In this document: piece by piece, positions 30,001 through 33,000 of the stretch
Numbering within the stretch: the first letter of the stretch is position 1
Layout of the letters: every line of letters starts with the position of its first letter
NCBI GenBank assembly: GCA_030603385.1
Contig: JAUVXW010000011.1
Location: forward strand, 29,564-93,563
DNA: 64,000 nucleotides
From: Promethearchaeota archaeon
GTDB taxonomy: Archaea > Asgardarchaeota > Lokiarchaeia > Sigyniarchaeales > SOKP01
Reading direction: 5' to 3'
The notes under the pieces: generated by a model
The model's input: the letters and a program-made list of their open reading frames with translations, nothing else
Databases searched by the model: none
Told to the model about the DNA's origin: nothing
Program-made: the position numbers and the translations under genes

Positions 30001-33000
30001 AAGAGACATTCGCATAAGCATTATAAATTGTCGTACCAATAGTTTCGCCTGAGCCACCCGTTACCTGCCCATCACCATCAAAATAAAGCCCGTAGTCTCT
30101 TTTACCGATATCCCAAGATGTACCTCCTTGTATAAGCCCTTGATAATTGTGAATGAGGTCGTAGGTGGACGTCCCAAAATTCTCGTCAAATTCTGCCATA
30201 AAATCTAAAGAACTAGAAGGCTCGGATTCAGAATAGCTCGCCTTTAGTAAGTCATAGAGATCATAGGGCCAATCAGGATAACCATCTCTATTCTCATCAA
30301 TAAAGAAACGGCGCCCAAATATATCAGATTCAAGGCCAGCGTATTCCTCATGCGAGAGGGATTTATAGAATTCATCGCCTTCATGTTCAATTTTTACCAA
30401 TAAATTCTGCTCTATTGAACCATAAACTGTGTGGTTGAGGTAAAACTTACCATCTTTATCGGTATTTAAATTCGTAATTTTAGTATACCGATCATTGTCT
30501 TCAATGAAAAGTTCGAGATTATCTAATTGAACAGGCTTATGGAGAGAATTCACAATCTGCCCATCGTACACTATGTTCCAGCAGAGTTTTCCATCTATTT
30601 CATATTCAAACGTGTATACGGCACCATAGTTGAATCCATCTTCTAATGGTTCCGAAAATCGCTCATTTGAAAGGACTTCTAATGCATCTTTTTCGATTAC
30701 TATTTCATATGTTTTGGGTAAAGCAGATCGAAATCCAAACCCGGTTAATTCGCCATAATAGACTTCAACTTTATATGTTCCTGGTGCCAAATGTAATGTA
30801 TTAAGTGGGACGTGAGTCATCATTATATAGTCTTTTCGTGGACCGTTTACATAATCGGAAGATAACTCATAATATTTTTTTAAACGATATCCTTCTATTG
30901 ATGGTACATCTTGAGGGATAAATCGCACTCGTACATGCGAAGCTGCACCAATAGACGGTGATATTTTACATTTTATTACAATTTCATCATTAATAGACAG
31001 CTTATCAAGATCTTCGAGAAAAGAGGAATATTCCAAAGTTGTGAAGTCTATCGATGAAGGGTGAAGTCTTTGTTCTGGTGAGACTCTCGCAAACTCGAGG
31101 TCTGGAGAATTAATAGATGAAATGGAATTTACTGCAAAAATTAAAGGAAAAACGGTAAGGAATACCACTACTAATAATGCAGAACGAGCAATTTTATCGT
31201 TATATGTAAATAGTGTTTTCCTTGATTGGCTTCTTCTTTGTTTTTCTTTTTGTTGAGATCGTAAATAACGTCTAATAAAAGCTGTGCTTTTGAAAGTAAA
31301 AAGAAAAATTGCGGCAAATATACATCCATAACATATCAGTTGGAACTGTGGTGCTAAGACAAACACTCCAACAAATGCAATTGAGATGAGAAATAAGAGC
31401 GTCCATAATACAATAAACTTATTTTTATGATAAGCTCTTGCCCCTTTATATCGTATGTCATGTGCAAATTTTCTAATTGACGCATTTTTAACACTCTCTA
31501 ATAGATGTGATTGTGTTTTTTTAGGAATGATTTCAGGGGATTTTCTACTCAAGAAATAGCATATACAAATATTGATGATTGGAAGTAGCTGAGCATATTC
31601 TATCATCCCATTAGTGAAAAGTAGATAACCTATCCATGGTAAGGGGAGAAAACTTAATGGTAAAAATAATACCTGCCGTCGTCCTAGTAGCCTCCACCCA
31701 TTAAAGAATATGTAGGAGAAAAAGGAAAGTCCAACTTGTATAAGGAAAAACAGAAATTTTATGTCTTGCGGGAAGAATATCGTAGAAGATGGTGTGAAAT
31801 ATAATAAAGTAAATAAAAACAGTCCAAAAATCGATAAAAAGATTCCAGCATATTTTACCTTATTTTGAGAAATTGTTGTTTTAATTTGATGAAGACGATC
31901 TTTTAATGTGGAGTGTGTTAGCTTTTTGGCTTTAGATTTAGTCTCTTCGCTTTTAGCTGCTTTATAGCGCCCTAATTTTTTCGTTAAAATTCCAAAAATC
32001 GATAGAGTGATCCCTAGGTTTATTACTTTTTTTTGAGAAAGCTTTGCTTTAATTTGATGAAGATGGTCTTTTAAAGAAGACTTTTCCAAATTTTTGGTCT
32101 TAGATTTAGTCGTTATTTTTTTAGCGGTTTTATAGCGTTCTAATCTCTGCATTAAGATTGATTCTACAGTTCTCCTATGACGGGCTAAAGTGAGAACGTG
32201 TGAACCGTGCTTTACTTTTAATGGAGTTAATTCATTATAAAGATCCTCTCTTAGTTTATTTCGTACTCTTGGATTTTCGTTTTTGCCTTCTCCTTTAAAA
32301 AACACTTTTAATTTCTCTTTTTGTTCCTGTAAGAAGTTGTATTCCCCTTCTGACAATGTTTCTTCAAGGTTTTTGCTATATTCTATTTGAGTGAGTGTTT
32401 TATATTTCTTCTCGATCTTTTTAAAAATAGCTCTAAATTTCTTGATGACTTCATTGGAGTATCCTTCATTTTTTAATATTGAACTATATCCATTTTCATT
32501 TCTCATAAAATGGAATACGTCATTTAGGATCTCTTTTTCAAATTCGATCTCTTCTATAATCCTTAAGAGATCACTAGTAAAAGAATCAGAATACCCGTGT
32601 TTTTCTAATAAAGATATATTCTCGGATTTATTTTTTAAGAATTTAGTAATATTAATTGAGTCTGTGAAGTTTAGTAGATCTCTCGCCTTAGCGTAAAGAG
32701 CTTTTTGGGATTCTGGAAGTATGTATTCCTTCCCTTCTACAATGATAACTCCAGAGAAGATTTTCTCTAGCCGTTCTCTCCAGAAGTTTTCAATAGCTGT
32801 TGAAAATTCCCTATAGGATATTGTGTGAAAATTTAGAAATTTCTTACTATATTTCTTTCCATATAATTCTAGAGTTTTAAGATATTTATTACTATATCCT
32901 AATTTCTTAAAGAGATGTCTATATCCTTTCCTCACATGGGCAAACTCAACTACATCTACATCGTTCTTATAATCTAATAAGATAACTTTAAGGCCTAGAT

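Larger units (their letters stand above)
27885..30210 (-). other. LamG/ConA-like domain split by a ~560-aa insertion
   Basis: AEFDENFG...GLYFDGDG ends at 30068. The expected continuation FDYVDFG...ITAWVYP...WTFIAV...IGAE...FTGRLDDISVFN resumes at 28384. Confidence 0.8.

Noticed and set aside
28385-30067. Inteins as the cause of the inserts
   Set aside because: No C-terminal His-Asn followed by Cys/Ser/Thr, and no Hint or LAGLIDADG motifs; the inserts look like extracellular beta domains.
5503-32696. All short track ORFs within 5.5-32.7 kb
   Set aside because: They are antisense or off-frame shadows of the giant ORF.
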